A DNA stretch of 64,000 bases from the NCBI GenBank assembly GCA_965217865.1, contig CBDCJO010000002.1, positions 3,008,001-3,072,000 on the forward strand. Direction: 5' to 3'. The DNA is from Candidatus Latescibacterota bacterium (lineage in GTDB: Bacteria > Latescibacterota > UBA2968 > SICM01). Under the pieces are notes generated by a model. The model searched no databases. It saw only the letters and a list, made by a program, of their open reading frames with translations, and was not told where the DNA came from. Shown here piece after piece: positions 26,655 through 36,980 of the stretch (its first letter is position 1; every line of letters begins with the position of its first letter). A program made the translations under genes and the position numbers.

Positions 26655-28667
26655 ATGCTTGTCGATGACCTGAGACGGACCAAACGCATCCGTATCCATA
26701 ACGATTCCCCGACCGACGGGGCGCATCATTTCGGTTTCTCGGTCTACGCGGAGACCCTCGCAAAGATCATCGCCGATCGGGCGAACCGGACGCCGTTGAC
26801 CTTGGCGATCAACGGGGCCTGGGGGAGCGGCAAGACAACATTGATGCGGACGATCCGCGAGAAACTGAATCAGATATCGGCCGAGGTGGAGGGGAACGGG
26901 GGAGACGGCATCTTTCGATCCAGTCGATCCGTCTGGTTTAATGCCTGGAAGTACTCTGACCGGGATGCCATCCTGGTCGTGTTAATCGAAGAGATCGTGT
27001 CCCAGATCGCATCCGGCGGCATGCCGGAACAGCGGCTGCAGGGCATGCGTCGGAGCGAGGGTGGAATGGACTGGGCTGGAATCTCCCGGGCCATGGACGA
27101 CCTTGTGGGGAAGACCGGAGTACCTGAGCTCAAACGCTTTCTGGAGAACGATACTGCGATCGTCAAAAATATCCCGCTGCTGCGGGAGTTTGAACACTTT
27201 CTGGATCGGTTGATCAACTGGTGCATCGTTCGGAATCGTGGAAACGGCCCGGAGGAATTCCCGGATGCGACGGGCGTCCTGACCATATTCATCGACGACC
27301 TCGACCGATGCCAGCCGGACCGGGTTTCCCGGGTTCTGGAGACCATCAAACTCTTCCTGGATCGACCCGGCTGCGTATTCGTGATCGGCATGGACAGCGA
27401 GATCGTGGAGAAAGCGGTCAAGGCTCAATATGTGGAGATCGAGGGCTTCGATGAACACGCTTACATGGACAAGATCATCCAGGTGCAGTTCAACCTCCCG
27501 CCCATCCGGGCTGAACACATCCAGTCGTTTATACAGGAGGATCTCATCGGGACGCAGGCAAAAGACAATCCCCTGTCCAGATATCTCGATGTGGTTTCCG
27601 AGGCCGTTCGCCGGAACCCCAGGACGGTCAAGCGGTTTTTGAACACCTTTTCTATCCAGCGAAGCCTGGCCGAGTCTCAGGGATTGCTCAAAAACGGAGG
27701 GATGGACGAAGACCTTCTCGCCAAGTGGATCATTCTCTCTTTCGCTTTCGAGTCGTTCATGCAGCGCGTCCTTCAGAGGCCGCTTCTGTTGCCGGAGATG
27801 CAGGATGCCCTCTCAAGCAGGGATGGAAGCGGGGATCTTTTGATGACCCCCCCGCCCCACCTGCGGGAATTCCTCGAAGACCAGGCCCTCGTCGATATCA
27901 TCCAGCAAGGAAAACCGTTCCCTACGGATGAGGAGGAGCTCGCGATATACATCCACCTGAGCGAGTCGACCCGGCGCAGCAGCCTCTTGGGGAAGGACGG
28001 GGAGGAGGGGGGCGGAGTCTATCGCGCGGAGGAGGGGGCCGCCATGGTTCAGGTGGAGGCCGGACGGTTCCTCATGGGCGAAGCCAAGAAACCCGTTTCG
28101 CTCGAAAGCTTCGAAATCGACGTTACGCCGGTTACACATCGACAGTTCCAGCGGTTCATCGACGACATCGACTATACCCACCTTCCGGACAGCTGGCCGG
28201 AAGGTACCTATCCCCCGGAGAAGGCCGATCACCCGGTGGTCGGCATCTCGCTTCACGACGCGAAGACATATGCCAAATGGGCGGGAAAGCGTCTTCCCAC
28301 CGAAACCGAGTGGGAGAAGGCCGCCCGTGGCCCCAACGGAAGGTTGTTTCCCTGGGGCAACACCTTCAACCGCTATAACTGCAACAACAAAGAGCTCGGC
28401 CTCCACACCACGACCGAGGTTGGCCACTTCCCCAACGGGGCCAGCCTGTACGGATGCTACGACCTGGTCGGCAACGTTTGGGAATGGACGGACACAGACG
28501 TATTTCCGGATAATAACGAAGTCAAAGTGATCCGGGGGGGCTCCTGGTCAAGTCCACGTGAGGGTGTCGTTGCAACCACACGAGCTTACTCCCGTGCGGG
28601 CGAACGTCGGCAAGACCTGGGCTTCCGCTGTTGTCGCAGTTCGAATGAGGATGATTTTGTCGTGTGA
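26655..28667 (+). CDS. KAP-family P-loop NTPase fused to an FGE-sulfatase (SUMF1/C-lectin fold) domain
   Basis: AINGAWGSGKTT, FNAWKY, IFIDDLDRC, YMDKIIQ, NPRTVKRFLN; then HPVVGIS, RLPTETEWEKAARG, GNVWEW, RGGSW, GFRC. Confidence 0.93.
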   Translation: MLVDDLRRTKRIRIHNDSPTDGAHHFGFSVYAETLAKIIADRANRTPLTLAINGAWGSGKTTLMRTIREKLNQISAEVEGNGGDGIFRSSRSVWFNAWKYSDRDAILVVLIEEIVSQIASGGMPEQRLQGMRRSEGGMDWAGISRAMDDLVGKTGVPELKRFLENDTAIVKNIPLLREFEHFLDRLINWCIVRNRGNGPEEFPDATGVLTIFIDDLDRCQPDRVSRVLETIKLFLDRPGCVFVIGMDSEIVEKAVKAQYVEIEGFDEHAYMDKIIQVQFNLPPIRAEHIQSFIQEDLIGTQAKDNPLSRYLDVVSEAVRRNPRTVKRFLNTFSIQRSLAESQGLLKNGGMDEDLLAKWIILSFAFESFMQRVLQRPLLLPEMQDALSSRDGSGDLLMTPPPHLREFLEDQALVDIIQQGKPFPTDEEELAIYIHLSESTRRSSLLGKDGEEGGGVYRAEEGAAMVQVEAGRFLMGEAKKPVSLESFEIDVTPVTHRQFQRFIDDIDYTHLPDSWPEGTYPPEKADHPVVGISLHDAKTYAKWAGKRLPTETEWEKAARGPNGRLFPWGNTFNRYNCNNKELGLHTTTEVGHFPNGASLYGCYDLVGNVWEWTDTDVFPDNNEVKVIRGGSWSSPREGVVATTRAYSRAGERRQDLGFRCCRSSNEDDFVV

Positions 28668-28785
28668 CCGTCTCCTTCCCCGGAGGCGATAGGGACGGCC
28701 ATTCGCGCCGTTTCCAGGATATCTCCCCGAAAGAAAAAGTCGAAGAAGGGCTTTGTTCCCTCAACGCTCTGAAAGGGAGGTATCT

Positions 28786-29469
28786 ATGTATCGCCTGTGC
28801 CCCTTTTTCATCCCCCTTGCGCTCCTGCTCGCCGCGTGTCTGGGCTCGATCGGGTGCGCTTCCGTCGTTCAGATCCGCCCTCCATACGAGAAAAAGGTCC
28901 GCATCGGAGACGTGGTTCATGCCACCGTCGAAGATAAAATTATCCACGGAAGCGTCGTTTATGCGGACCGCAAAGGGCTGGTCATCAAGACCGGAAAGAC
29001 TGTCAAACAGGAACATCCGGTGAAGGCCTATTCGTTTACCACCCAAATCAACTGGAGCGAGATTCAGAATCTCCAGGTGGACGGCATCCTGGATCCTCAG
29101 GGGAAACTGATCAGCGAGGAGGAGATCAAGGTCAATAAACGGACAAACTTCCGAAAGTCGCTGATGCTCAACACCGCGATTATCGGATTCGGAGCCAGCT
29201 TCGGTCTCGGCGTGTTGATTCAGGACCAGGTATACCCTCCCCTGGGGGGAAAGCCCATCTCCAAACTGAACGACGGCCGAGGGGCTTTCTGGATGACCTG
29301 GATCGCAGGGACGCTAATAAGTACGCTCGGGGGGTATGCGGTCGGAGATCATATCGATCGTCAGCGCGCGATCGACCGGGTTGTACAGATGCGAAGGATA
29401 GATGAACAGATCGAGTCGATATCAGGGGTCAGAGAAATTGAAGATCGAAGATTGAAGATTGAAAATTGA
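28786..29469 (+). CDS. Hypothetical lipoprotein with two C-terminal hydrophobic helices
   Basis: GGGAGG RBS; lipobox-like SIGC; two TM-like segments; last ~15 codons run into a repeat element. Confidence 0.7.
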   Translation: MYRLCPFFIPLALLLAACLGSIGCASVVQIRPPYEKKVRIGDVVHATVEDKIIHGSVVYADRKGLVIKTGKTVKQEHPVKAYSFTTQINWSEIQNLQVDGILDPQGKLISEEEIKVNKRTNFRKSLMLNTAIIGFGASFGLGVLIQDQVYPPLGGKPISKLNDGRGAFWMTWIAGTLISTLGGYAVGDHIDRQRAIDRVVQMRRIDEQIESISGVREIEDRRLKIEN

Positions 29470-30797
29470 GGATCTTCACGCAGAAGTATGGATAGATAGA
29501 AAAGCTCCACGAATTTTCAGGGCAAAGTAGTCGAAGTCTCTGAAGCCGAAGGCGATGCGCTTGATGACTTTGATCTTGTTGTTTATGCCCTCAACGATGC
29601 TTGTGTGGATGGGGTAGTCGCAGTGTGCCAGGATGCTTTCCTTGTGATATAGCAGCTTCCTGGTGAAGCGTATCAACGGCTTGATCCCGGAGTCAAGGGC
29701 TCTTTGACACCAGGCGTCGAGCCATCTGGCTGCCCAGGCTTTGCGTTTGTAGATCCAGACTCGTTTCAGGTCCTCTTTGAGGATGTAGACGGTGTTCAAA
29801 CGTTGATTGATGGCCAGGAGATCGCGGAGTCGGGCTGGCTCATCGCGGTCGGTTAGCAAGTTCTTTCTGTTTTTGAGAAGTAGGTATTTGGTTCCTCGGA
29901 TGATAGCCTTGTTGTCCTTGGAGGCTTTTCGACATTCATCGATCCGAACCCGATCGATTACTTTCTGGGCATAGATCTGGAGCAGGTGGAAGGGATCATA
30001 GACCGTGGCAGCGTCAGGACAATGCTTGCGCTTCGCCTTGGCATAGCCGCGCCAAGCGTCCATCGCGATGGCCTGGATCCGGCTGCACTTTCCAGGGCCC
30101 AGCGCCTCGAAGAATGGATCCAGTGCTTCGGCGTTGCGGCCTTTGCCAACATATAGGACTTGTCCTGTTCCTGCATCAGCTACTGTAGTACCATAATCCT
30201 GGCCGCGTTTGACGGCGAACTCGTCAATGGCCAGCAGCGAGGCCTCAGTATCGCCTACGGCAGGCAAGTCGTCCTGTAAGGCCTTCTTGTCGATCTGTTT
30301 AACCACACTCCAGTGCAACCTGAACTGCTGGGCAATCGCTTTGATCGACCGGATTTCTCTGCAGGCCAAAGCTACAGCTCCAGCCAAGCGTTTGGTGTAA
30401 CCAACACGAGGTTCCACCCAATCCAGATACTCAGTCCGAACGCCGCATGTCGCACAGCGTATCCGGCACTGGGAGAACTCGATCCAGACACGACCGAAGG
30501 GTCCGAAACTCAGATCCTTGACCGAACGTAGGCGGGAATCATAGCAAGATCGATACGTCCGACCACAGGTGCAGCGGTACTCCTTTTCCCGTCGCGAGAC
30601 CTCTATCCAAAGTGTCGAGAGATCCTCGCGGAACCTCAGCTTGATCACATAAAATCCTTGCAGACCAACCAGCCTGTCGATATAATCCTGTATAGCCATC
30701 GGGATTCTCCTTTCGTCAGGTTAGGTGCGTTACCCAACTGTAGGAGAAAACCGGTGGCTTTTCTACATTATTGATCCACTCTTAAGCGTGAAGAACC
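29470..30797 (-). mobile_element. ISL3 family insertion sequence with 8-bp target duplication
   Basis: Inverted repeats GGATCTTCACGC / GGTTCTTCACGC; direct repeat AAAATTGA at 29462-29469 and 30798-30805. Confidence 0.95.
29476..30699 (-). CDS. ISL3 family transposase
   Basis: Zn-finger Cys pairs, LAIDEF, AMDAW, YDPFH, VEGINNKIKVIKRIAFGFR. Confidence 0.96.
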   Translation of the reverse strand: MAIQDYIDRLVGLQGFYVIKLRFREDLSTLWIEVSRREKEYRCTCGRTYRSCYDSRLRSVKDLSFGPFGRVWIEFSQCRIRCATCGVRTEYLDWVEPRVGYTKRLAGAVALACREIRSIKAIAQQFRLHWSVVKQIDKKALQDDLPAVGDTEASLLAIDEFAVKRGQDYGTTVADAGTGQVLYVGKGRNAEALDPFFEALGPGKCSRIQAIAMDAWRGYAKAKRKHCPDAATVYDPFHLLQIYAQKVIDRVRIDECRKASKDNKAIIRGTKYLLLKNRKNLLTDRDEPARLRDLLAINQRLNTVYILKEDLKRVWIYKRKAWAARWLDAWCQRALDSGIKPLIRFTRKLLYHKESILAHCDYPIHTSIVEGINNKIKVIKRIAFGFRDFDYFALKIRGAFLSIHTSA

Positions 30798-30919
30798 AAA
30801 ATTGAAGATCAAAGCGAGATCCATAAGGACATAAGAAAGCCCTGGGTTTTTCAATATTCAATTTTCCGATATTCAATATTCAATGAGGTTGGAAGAAGGG
30901 TGTGGGAGGGGAATGGTTT

Positions 30920-30991
30920 TGCCCCTAAGGAGAATTGAACTCCTGTTGCCGGCTTGAAAGGCCGGTGTCCTAACCACTGGACGATAGGGGC
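30920..30991 (-). tRNA. tRNA-Glu(UUC), CCA not encoded
   Basis: GCCCCTA acceptor stem, D-loop AGTGGTTAGGAC, anticodon arm CCGGC-CTTTCAA-GCCGG, T-loop GTTCAATTC. Confidence 0.96.
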
Positions 30992-31081
30992 GAAGTTTAA
31001 ATCGGTCGAAAAGATATGAGAATCGAATCGGGGATGCAAGTGAAAATCCGTTGATCGTTCAGTCTTTTTGGGGGTATCGGA

Positions 31082-32212
31082 ATGATAAATTATAAGAAGG
31101 GCGTCCTCCCGGTCGCCCTTGTCTTTTGGGTCCTACACCCGGGTCTCAGTCTCGGAGATGAAGGCGAATCCCATAAGGGCTACGAGTCGGCCCTGGTCAT
31201 CGACGCTGAGACTGGAAGGACCCTATTCGAGGACCGATCCCACCTTCCCCGAAGACCGGCGAGTACGGTCAAGACTATGCTGGAACTCATCGTGATGGAA
31301 GGGGTGAGGGAGGGTCGTGTCTCCCTCGACGATTCGGTCGTCACGTCGGCAAAGGCAAGTAAAATCGGGGGCTCCCAGGTGTTCCTGATGGAGGGCGAGG
31401 TCTTTACCCTCCGGGATCTGATGAAGGCCATCGTGATTCACTCGGCGAACGACGCCTGCACCTCCGTCGCAGAGCATCTGGCCGGATCCGAGGAGCGGTT
31501 CGTCGCGTCGATGAACCGGAGAGCCGTAGAACTCGGCTTAGAGGACACCCGTTTTGTGAACGTCCACGGTCTGGATAAGAAAAAAGGTCCCGTGTCCTCG
31601 GCCAGGGATCTTGCACGGCTTGCCCGCGAACTTATAGCATACCCCAGGATCCTTGAGTGGTCATCCAGGTCGAAGGATTCGTTCCGGGACGGCCGATTTA
31701 TCCTGAGGAACAGGAACCAGCTTGTCGGGGTGTATCCCGGCATGGACGGGTTGAAGACGGGCTATACGAGGCGAGCGGGATATTGTCTGGTGGCGACGGC
31801 GGTGCGCGATGATCTGCGGCTCATCTCGGTGGTCCTGGGGGCTCCCACCGAAAAGATGCGGTTCTCGGAGACCGTCCGCCTTCTAAACAGGACGTTCGAC
31901 CGCTATCGGAAAGTGCCGATCGTCCGGAAGGGGGAGCGGGTGGGTGAGATCAAGGTGGTGAGGGGCCGGTCGGAGCGGGTGGCTTTGATGGCGAAGACGG
32001 GATGCTTCGTGCTTTTGGAGGAGGGAGAGGAACAGCGGATCCGTCGTTTCACGACAAACCCGGATGCCTATCCCGCCCCGATCAAAAATGGGGATACCCT
32101 CGGGAGCCTGATCGTCTCCCTGGGGGATAGCGTCCTGTCGACGGTGGAGCTGGTGGCCAACCGCGGGGTTCCGCGGATGACGACTTGGGAATGGGTCCGG
32201 AGCTGGTTGTGA
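31082..32212 (+). CDS. D-alanyl-D-alanine carboxypeptidase (peptidase S11)
   Basis: Signal peptide; PASTVK (SxxK), SAN (SxN), LKTGYT (KTG); PBP5_C-like tail. Confidence 0.95.
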   Translation: MINYKKGVLPVALVFWVLHPGLSLGDEGESHKGYESALVIDAETGRTLFEDRSHLPRRPASTVKTMLELIVMEGVREGRVSLDDSVVTSAKASKIGGSQVFLMEGEVFTLRDLMKAIVIHSANDACTSVAEHLAGSEERFVASMNRRAVELGLEDTRFVNVHGLDKKKGPVSSARDLARLARELIAYPRILEWSSRSKDSFRDGRFILRNRNQLVGVYPGMDGLKTGYTRRAGYCLVATAVRDDLRLISVVLGAPTEKMRFSETVRLLNRTFDRYRKVPIVRKGERVGEIKVVRGRSERVALMAKTGCFVLLEEGEEQRIRRFTTNPDAYPAPIKNGDTLGSLIVSLGDSVLSTVELVANRGVPRMTTWEWVRSWL

Positions 32213-32234
32213 GTTTTTTGGGGGAGGGATCTGT

Positions 32235-33956
32235 TCAGGCAACCGGGGCCTTCTCAGGTTCCTGAGCGACCGGGCGCCTGGGCTCCTGAATCTCCTTGGC
32301 CTGGCTTTCGAGATGGGCGATCAGGCCGTTCAGGGTATTGTGGACCTCTTTGAAATACGAATTCTCTTTAAACGATCGAATCATGAGCCAGCGGTCAAAA
32401 CAGAAATCGTCCATCGAATATTCGGCGGGATCGTACATGTAACGGACACCGAAGGCCAGCATCCGTCCTTCGCCGTTTTCCTCATCACGCTCCACCTCGG
32501 TGCGGACGATTTTGCCGATGATCTCGAATTTCAACGGGAGGTCGGGTTTGTAGCTCTCCGTATCCCTGTTGAACCTGAGTCTGGGGTGGAAGGTAATCAG
32601 AAAGCCCGTGTTCTCCAGAATCTCCTGCTGCTCCTCAAGGGTGTTGGCTTTGTCTTCGTTTCCGAAGACATACGCATGAAATTCCTTGCTATTCTCAAAA
32701 CGGAGTCCCTGCAGGCTGAAGTCGAGCAACTCGATCGGGAGGTTCACCTCCTGAACAGGTTCTTTTTGGGGCCGGACCGTGACGTTCTCGATTCCCCCTT
32801 TGACGACGACGCAGATCATCTCAAAATATTCGTTCTGGCCGTCTGTTGGCGATCGGGAGAAGTAGTGGAGGACGAGCGTATCCCCCTCACCAAGGTGGTT
32901 GGGATCCTTCCGATTCCTCTTGGTTTTCATGGATTTCAGCGGCTTCTTGAGGTGGATCGTCCGGCCCGTCTCCTGTGCGCCCAGCCCGAGGACCTCGGAG
33001 AACCCCAGGTCGATCAAGCTCCGTTTATTCGTCCGCTCGTCCATGTAGGGTTTGCTCACGTAAACCACACGGTCCTCGCTGTGGTTCATCCGTACGGCTT
33101 CCTTGAAGGCGGCCACGGTCCGTTCGGACTTGACAAGTCCCTCCGGGTCCTTCTCCTTTTGCTTCCCGTATGGGGTCACCTTGAGGGACGTGATGCGGGG
33201 CGGGATGCTCCCCTCGGTTGGAAAACGGAAGTCGGTCTTCTGGATCGATGCATCGAAAAGGATCTGGGGATAGACCCGCATGGAGCCCCGGCCGATCTTG
33301 TGGGAGAACCGGATCGCCTGCCGCTTGTCCCGTTTGGCCACGTTGCTCCGCGGAACCAGGCGGTAACCGGCCCCGATCTTGGGGTCCATATCCTTGAGCA
33401 TTTCGGGCGGGAATCGGATGCGATCCGCGACATCGCAGTTGACCGTGTAAGGGATGCGGTCGTGGAGAAACCAGATGTTGATGACTTCGCCCTGGCCCGT
33501 AAACAGGGCCCGATCTTCGGCCTTGACCCCGTCCGGCATGGAGATGTAAAAAGCCTTGTCCTGAATGAACATTTCACCGTTATGGTGAAAAAGAAGGGCT
33601 CTCCCCACATCCTCGTTCGCGTCCGTCCCGTCCGCCCGCTTCAAGATCGTGCAGTTGATCGAGGGAGGATCGAACTCGACGAGACGGCTCAAGGCCATAT
33701 CCCGGGCCGACTTTTTCTTGGCGACCATCGTGACCATGCTCCCGAAGAAGCCTCTTTTTCCGGCCGTCAGGTCCGTATCGGGAGCGGCATCGAGATCGAG
33801 GCTGCCGGTCCGTTTCCGAATGGTGGAGCGAATGATGTAGATGAGCCCGACAAGGACGAAGGCACCGATCAGGATCATGACGAATGTCGTGTCCTTGCTT
33901 CCGGTCGCCTGAGACTCGAACATCCCGCGATCGAATGGGTTTCTCTTCATGGCCAT
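32235..33956 (-). CDS. Membrane-anchored hypothetical protein with PilZ-like motifs
   Basis: N-terminal TM; RQAIR (RxxxR); DFSLQG (DxSxxG); GKIVR…FGVRY strands. Confidence 0.65.
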   Translation of the reverse strand: MAMKRNPFDRGMFESQATGSKDTTFVMILIGAFVLVGLIYIIRSTIRKRTGSLDLDAAPDTDLTAGKRGFFGSMVTMVAKKKSARDMALSRLVEFDPPSINCTILKRADGTDANEDVGRALLFHHNGEMFIQDKAFYISMPDGVKAEDRALFTGQGEVINIWFLHDRIPYTVNCDVADRIRFPPEMLKDMDPKIGAGYRLVPRSNVAKRDKRQAIRFSHKIGRGSMRVYPQILFDASIQKTDFRFPTEGSIPPRITSLKVTPYGKQKEKDPEGLVKSERTVAAFKEAVRMNHSEDRVVYVSKPYMDERTNKRSLIDLGFSEVLGLGAQETGRTIHLKKPLKSMKTKRNRKDPNHLGEGDTLVLHYFSRSPTDGQNEYFEMICVVVKGGIENVTVRPQKEPVQEVNLPIELLDFSLQGLRFENSKEFHAYVFGNEDKANTLEEQQEILENTGFLITFHPRLRFNRDTESYKPDLPLKFEIIGKIVRTEVERDEENGEGRMLAFGVRYMYDPAEYSMDDFCFDRWLMIRSFKENSYFKEVHNTLNGLIAHLESQAKEIQEPRRPVAQEPEKAPVA

Positions 33957-34084
33957 CTATCCTGATTAGATTTACAGGTTATACCTAAAACTTCCAACCC
34001 CTCTTCCCGACCGTGGTGAATCCCTTTCTATTATCGTCCGATTAGCCCGCCCGCTTCAGTGCCGGACGGATTCCTTTTTTGATT

Positions 34085-36829
34085 TCAATCGACCTTCTGT
34101 TCCAACCTCTCCAGGACGCTTTCCACCTCTTTTACCTCGGTTCCGTAGCCCGCGAAGTCCCCAACCCGGAGCCTTTCCTGGGCCAGACGAAAACGGCGAA
34201 GGGCTTCGGAGGCCAGTTCCCCCCAGCCCGCATCGGTTCCGGTGACAGGGGATGAGGCCACCTTGGACGAGACAGACAAGCCGGGATCGGTCTGCCCAAA
34301 TACGGACGCGAGGGCTTCCCCGAGGGTCTCCTCCATTGCGATTCGCTCACCATTGGAGACGACAACGCGTTTGAGCTCCGGGAGTTCACTCTGCTCCGCT
34401 TTCAGGTAGAGCGGCTCCACATACAGGAATGACTGATGGATGGGAATGACCAGGAGGTTTCCTCTGATGACGCTTGATCCCTTCTGGGTCCAGAGTGTCA
34501 GGGCTTGAGAGATAGTGGGGTCCTGGTCGATGCGGGCTTCGATCTGCATGGGGCCGTAGACAAGTTTATCCTTGGAGAGTCTGTAGGCTACGAGTTTTCC
34601 GTAGTCGGGTTCGTCACAGCGGGCGAAAATCCAGGCGATCATGTTGTCTTTGTTCGCGGGTGTGACGGGCGACATCAAGACGAACTCCTCCCTGTCTCGA
34701 TCCGGAAACTTCATGATGACGTAATAGGATTCCATGTCCTGAGGCCGATCGCCGGCACCGTAGAGTTCTTTGGGTATGCTCCAGACATCCTCCTGATTGT
34801 AAAACACCCGAGGATCGGTCATGTGAAACGTGTTGTTCAAAGCCACCTGGATGTTGAAAAGATCGGTCGGATAACGAATATGCGCCTTCAGTCCACTCGG
34901 CATCCGTTCGATCGGCTGAAAAAGATCGGGAAAGATCCTTTGGTAGGACTGGATGATAGGATCTTCGGGATCCGATACGTAGAGGGTCATCTCGCCGGTG
35001 TAGGAATTCGTGACGACCTTCACGGCGTTCCGGATGTAGTTCGGACCCTGGAACCGGCCCGCAAAGGGCTCTGAATACGGGTACATGTTTGTGGTGGTAT
35101 AAGCATCGTGAATCCAGAAGAGTCCACCGTCCATGATGGCGATGTAGGGATCCCTGTCGTAACCCAGGAACGGGGCGACGATCCGGGTTCGATCTGCGAT
35201 CAGACGGTTGAACAGGATTTGACTTTGAGGCGTCATTTCGCCCAGAACGCTCGACATCAGGATCTTCAGGTCGTCGAACTTCCACGCAAAGGCCGCGCTA
35301 CGAATGAAAGAATTGATCGAAACCCCGCCCCCGCCTTTATAGGTGGTCCTGACATTCGAATCCCCCTGGGGGTAGTCGAACTCCTCGGTCCCGGTTCCGG
35401 TTATGATATAGGCGTCGGTCAACTCTCCGAAATAGACCTCCGGCTGGTTGATTTCTATCCCGACCTTTGAAATCGGGGGGATGTCCTGGATATACAGTTC
35501 GGGGAGCCCCTCGGCGGCGATTTCGTTGACGGGGCTCAAACAGACGCCGTAACCGTGGGTATACATGAGGTGGCGGTTTTGCCAGGTGTTTGCCCGTGCG
35601 GGAAGTTTGGCCGTGGAGAGTTCCCGGGGGGATATCATCATTTGCCGGTATTCTCCATCGATCGTGTAACGATCGACGTCGACATTGGCGAACTGATAGT
35701 AGGGACGAATCTCCTGAAGCTGCCGGTAGGTCTCCTTCAGGGGCCGGGGATCCCACAACCGAATGTTCTTGACGGTGAGCGGGTTGGCCTCCAGGTCTTC
35801 ATACGAAAGGGGTTCGCTCCACGGAAAAGCGTGTTCCTCGATCCGGTCGAGACCGTATGCCCGTCGGGTGAATTCGATGGCGTTCCGGATGTATGGCGTC
35901 TCCTTCGCGAGTTCGTTCGGTCGGACGATAAACTGCTGTACGATTCCGGGAATCACCCAGCTGAGTCCGACCAGGGCTGCGCCAAATGCGATTGCCCCGT
36001 AGAGGGGAAGCTTCCAGTTCTTGAAGTATGTGTTATAGATCAACAGGATCGCTAGGATGACGGAGATGATGGACATGGCCCGGTAGGCGAAGAGCTGAAA
36101 GTTGGCCTCGGAATACCCCGCGCCGGAGATGAGCCCCCCAGACGCATATAGGAGGTCAAATTCCTTGAGGTAATACCCCCAGGCGATCAGCAATACAACC
36201 ACGGAGATGGCGGCAGAAAGGTGCGATGTCACAACCCCCGTCAATTCCCACTGGGTCTCACCGCGTGTGATGGACCGGTCGGTATAGTAGGATAACAGGG
36301 ACAGACCGATCGAAAGAATTGCCGCAAAGACGAGCCAACCCTGGAGATAGTTGATCATCGGGAGGATGAAGACATAGAAACCCACATCCCGCCCGAAGAG
36401 GGGATCTTCCACACCGAAGGAGATGGGGTATTGATAGCGCAACCAGGCCGGCCACATCTGGGTTGAGACGATACCCATCAGGGCCCCGAGGACGACGATC
36501 ACCGCAGCCCATCCGATCCAGGGATGGCGAAGCCTCCACGGGAGGCCGGGGAATGAGTCGGTCACGATGACCCCGAGAGAGCTCTGTCGGGTGTTTCTTC
36601 CGTAGTATCGAGCGATCCCCAGGTTCCCCCCCGCGATGAGCATGAAGAGGGCCCAGGAGATCAGGAAGAGGGAGGACTTGGCCTTCAAGAAGGTGATATA
36701 GACGGATCCGTATCCTATGCTATTGAACCACAACCAATTAGTATAGATGTTGACGCCGAATTTCAGGATGAACAGACCCAGGACGACGACGGTTCCCAAT
36801 ATCAACCAGAAAATGGTTTTTGGGGACAT
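34085..36829 (-). CDS. UPF0182 family membrane protein
   Basis: DPLFGRDVGFYVF, NIRLWD, YTHGYG, APFL.YD.DPY, NYIRNAVK, IRGNLLVIP, YVEPLYL. Confidence 0.95.
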   Translation of the reverse strand: MSPKTIFWLILGTVVVLGLFILKFGVNIYTNWLWFNSIGYGSVYITFLKAKSSLFLISWALFMLIAGGNLGIARYYGRNTRQSSLGVIVTDSFPGLPWRLRHPWIGWAAVIVVLGALMGIVSTQMWPAWLRYQYPISFGVEDPLFGRDVGFYVFILPMINYLQGWLVFAAILSIGLSLLSYYTDRSITRGETQWELTGVVTSHLSAAISVVVLLIAWGYYLKEFDLLYASGGLISGAGYSEANFQLFAYRAMSIISVILAILLIYNTYFKNWKLPLYGAIAFGAALVGLSWVIPGIVQQFIVRPNELAKETPYIRNAIEFTRRAYGLDRIEEHAFPWSEPLSYEDLEANPLTVKNIRLWDPRPLKETYRQLQEIRPYYQFANVDVDRYTIDGEYRQMMISPRELSTAKLPARANTWQNRHLMYTHGYGVCLSPVNEIAAEGLPELYIQDIPPISKVGIEINQPEVYFGELTDAYIITGTGTEEFDYPQGDSNVRTTYKGGGGVSINSFIRSAAFAWKFDDLKILMSSVLGEMTPQSQILFNRLIADRTRIVAPFLGYDRDPYIAIMDGGLFWIHDAYTTTNMYPYSEPFAGRFQGPNYIRNAVKVVTNSYTGEMTLYVSDPEDPIIQSYQRIFPDLFQPIERMPSGLKAHIRYPTDLFNIQVALNNTFHMTDPRVFYNQEDVWSIPKELYGAGDRPQDMESYYVIMKFPDRDREEFVLMSPVTPANKDNMIAWIFARCDEPDYGKLVAYRLSKDKLVYGPMQIEARIDQDPTISQALTLWTQKGSSVIRGNLLVIPIHQSFLYVEPLYLKAEQSELPELKRVVVSNGERIAMEETLGEALASVFGQTDPGLSVSSKVASSPVTGTDAGWGELASEALRRFRLAQERLRVGDFAGYGTEVKEVESVLERLEQKVD

Positions 36830-36980
36830 GGAAGGACCTCAAAAATATGGAAGGACAGTTACCCCTTAGGATCATTTCCCTCGGAGACGTAAAGATATAA
36901 ATTACAAAATATTTGAAGGGCAGACAAGATAAAATATCGCTTGACAGAGGAGGATTAGAATCTAATATTGACGTTCCACG

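Noticed and set aside
28400-28667. Diversity-generating retroelement at the FGE domain
   Set aside because: No reverse transcriptase and no template repeat seen in this window
30920-30991. tRNA-anchored integrative island or prophage
   Set aside because: No integrase and no duplicated tRNA 3' end found by eye
32313-33965. 550-aa plus-strand ORF and similar long antisense ORFs (713-1807, 3797-4717, 5023-6132, 48615-49745, 56021-57391)
   Set aside because: Shadow frames of well-supported opposite-strand genes; no recognisable motifs
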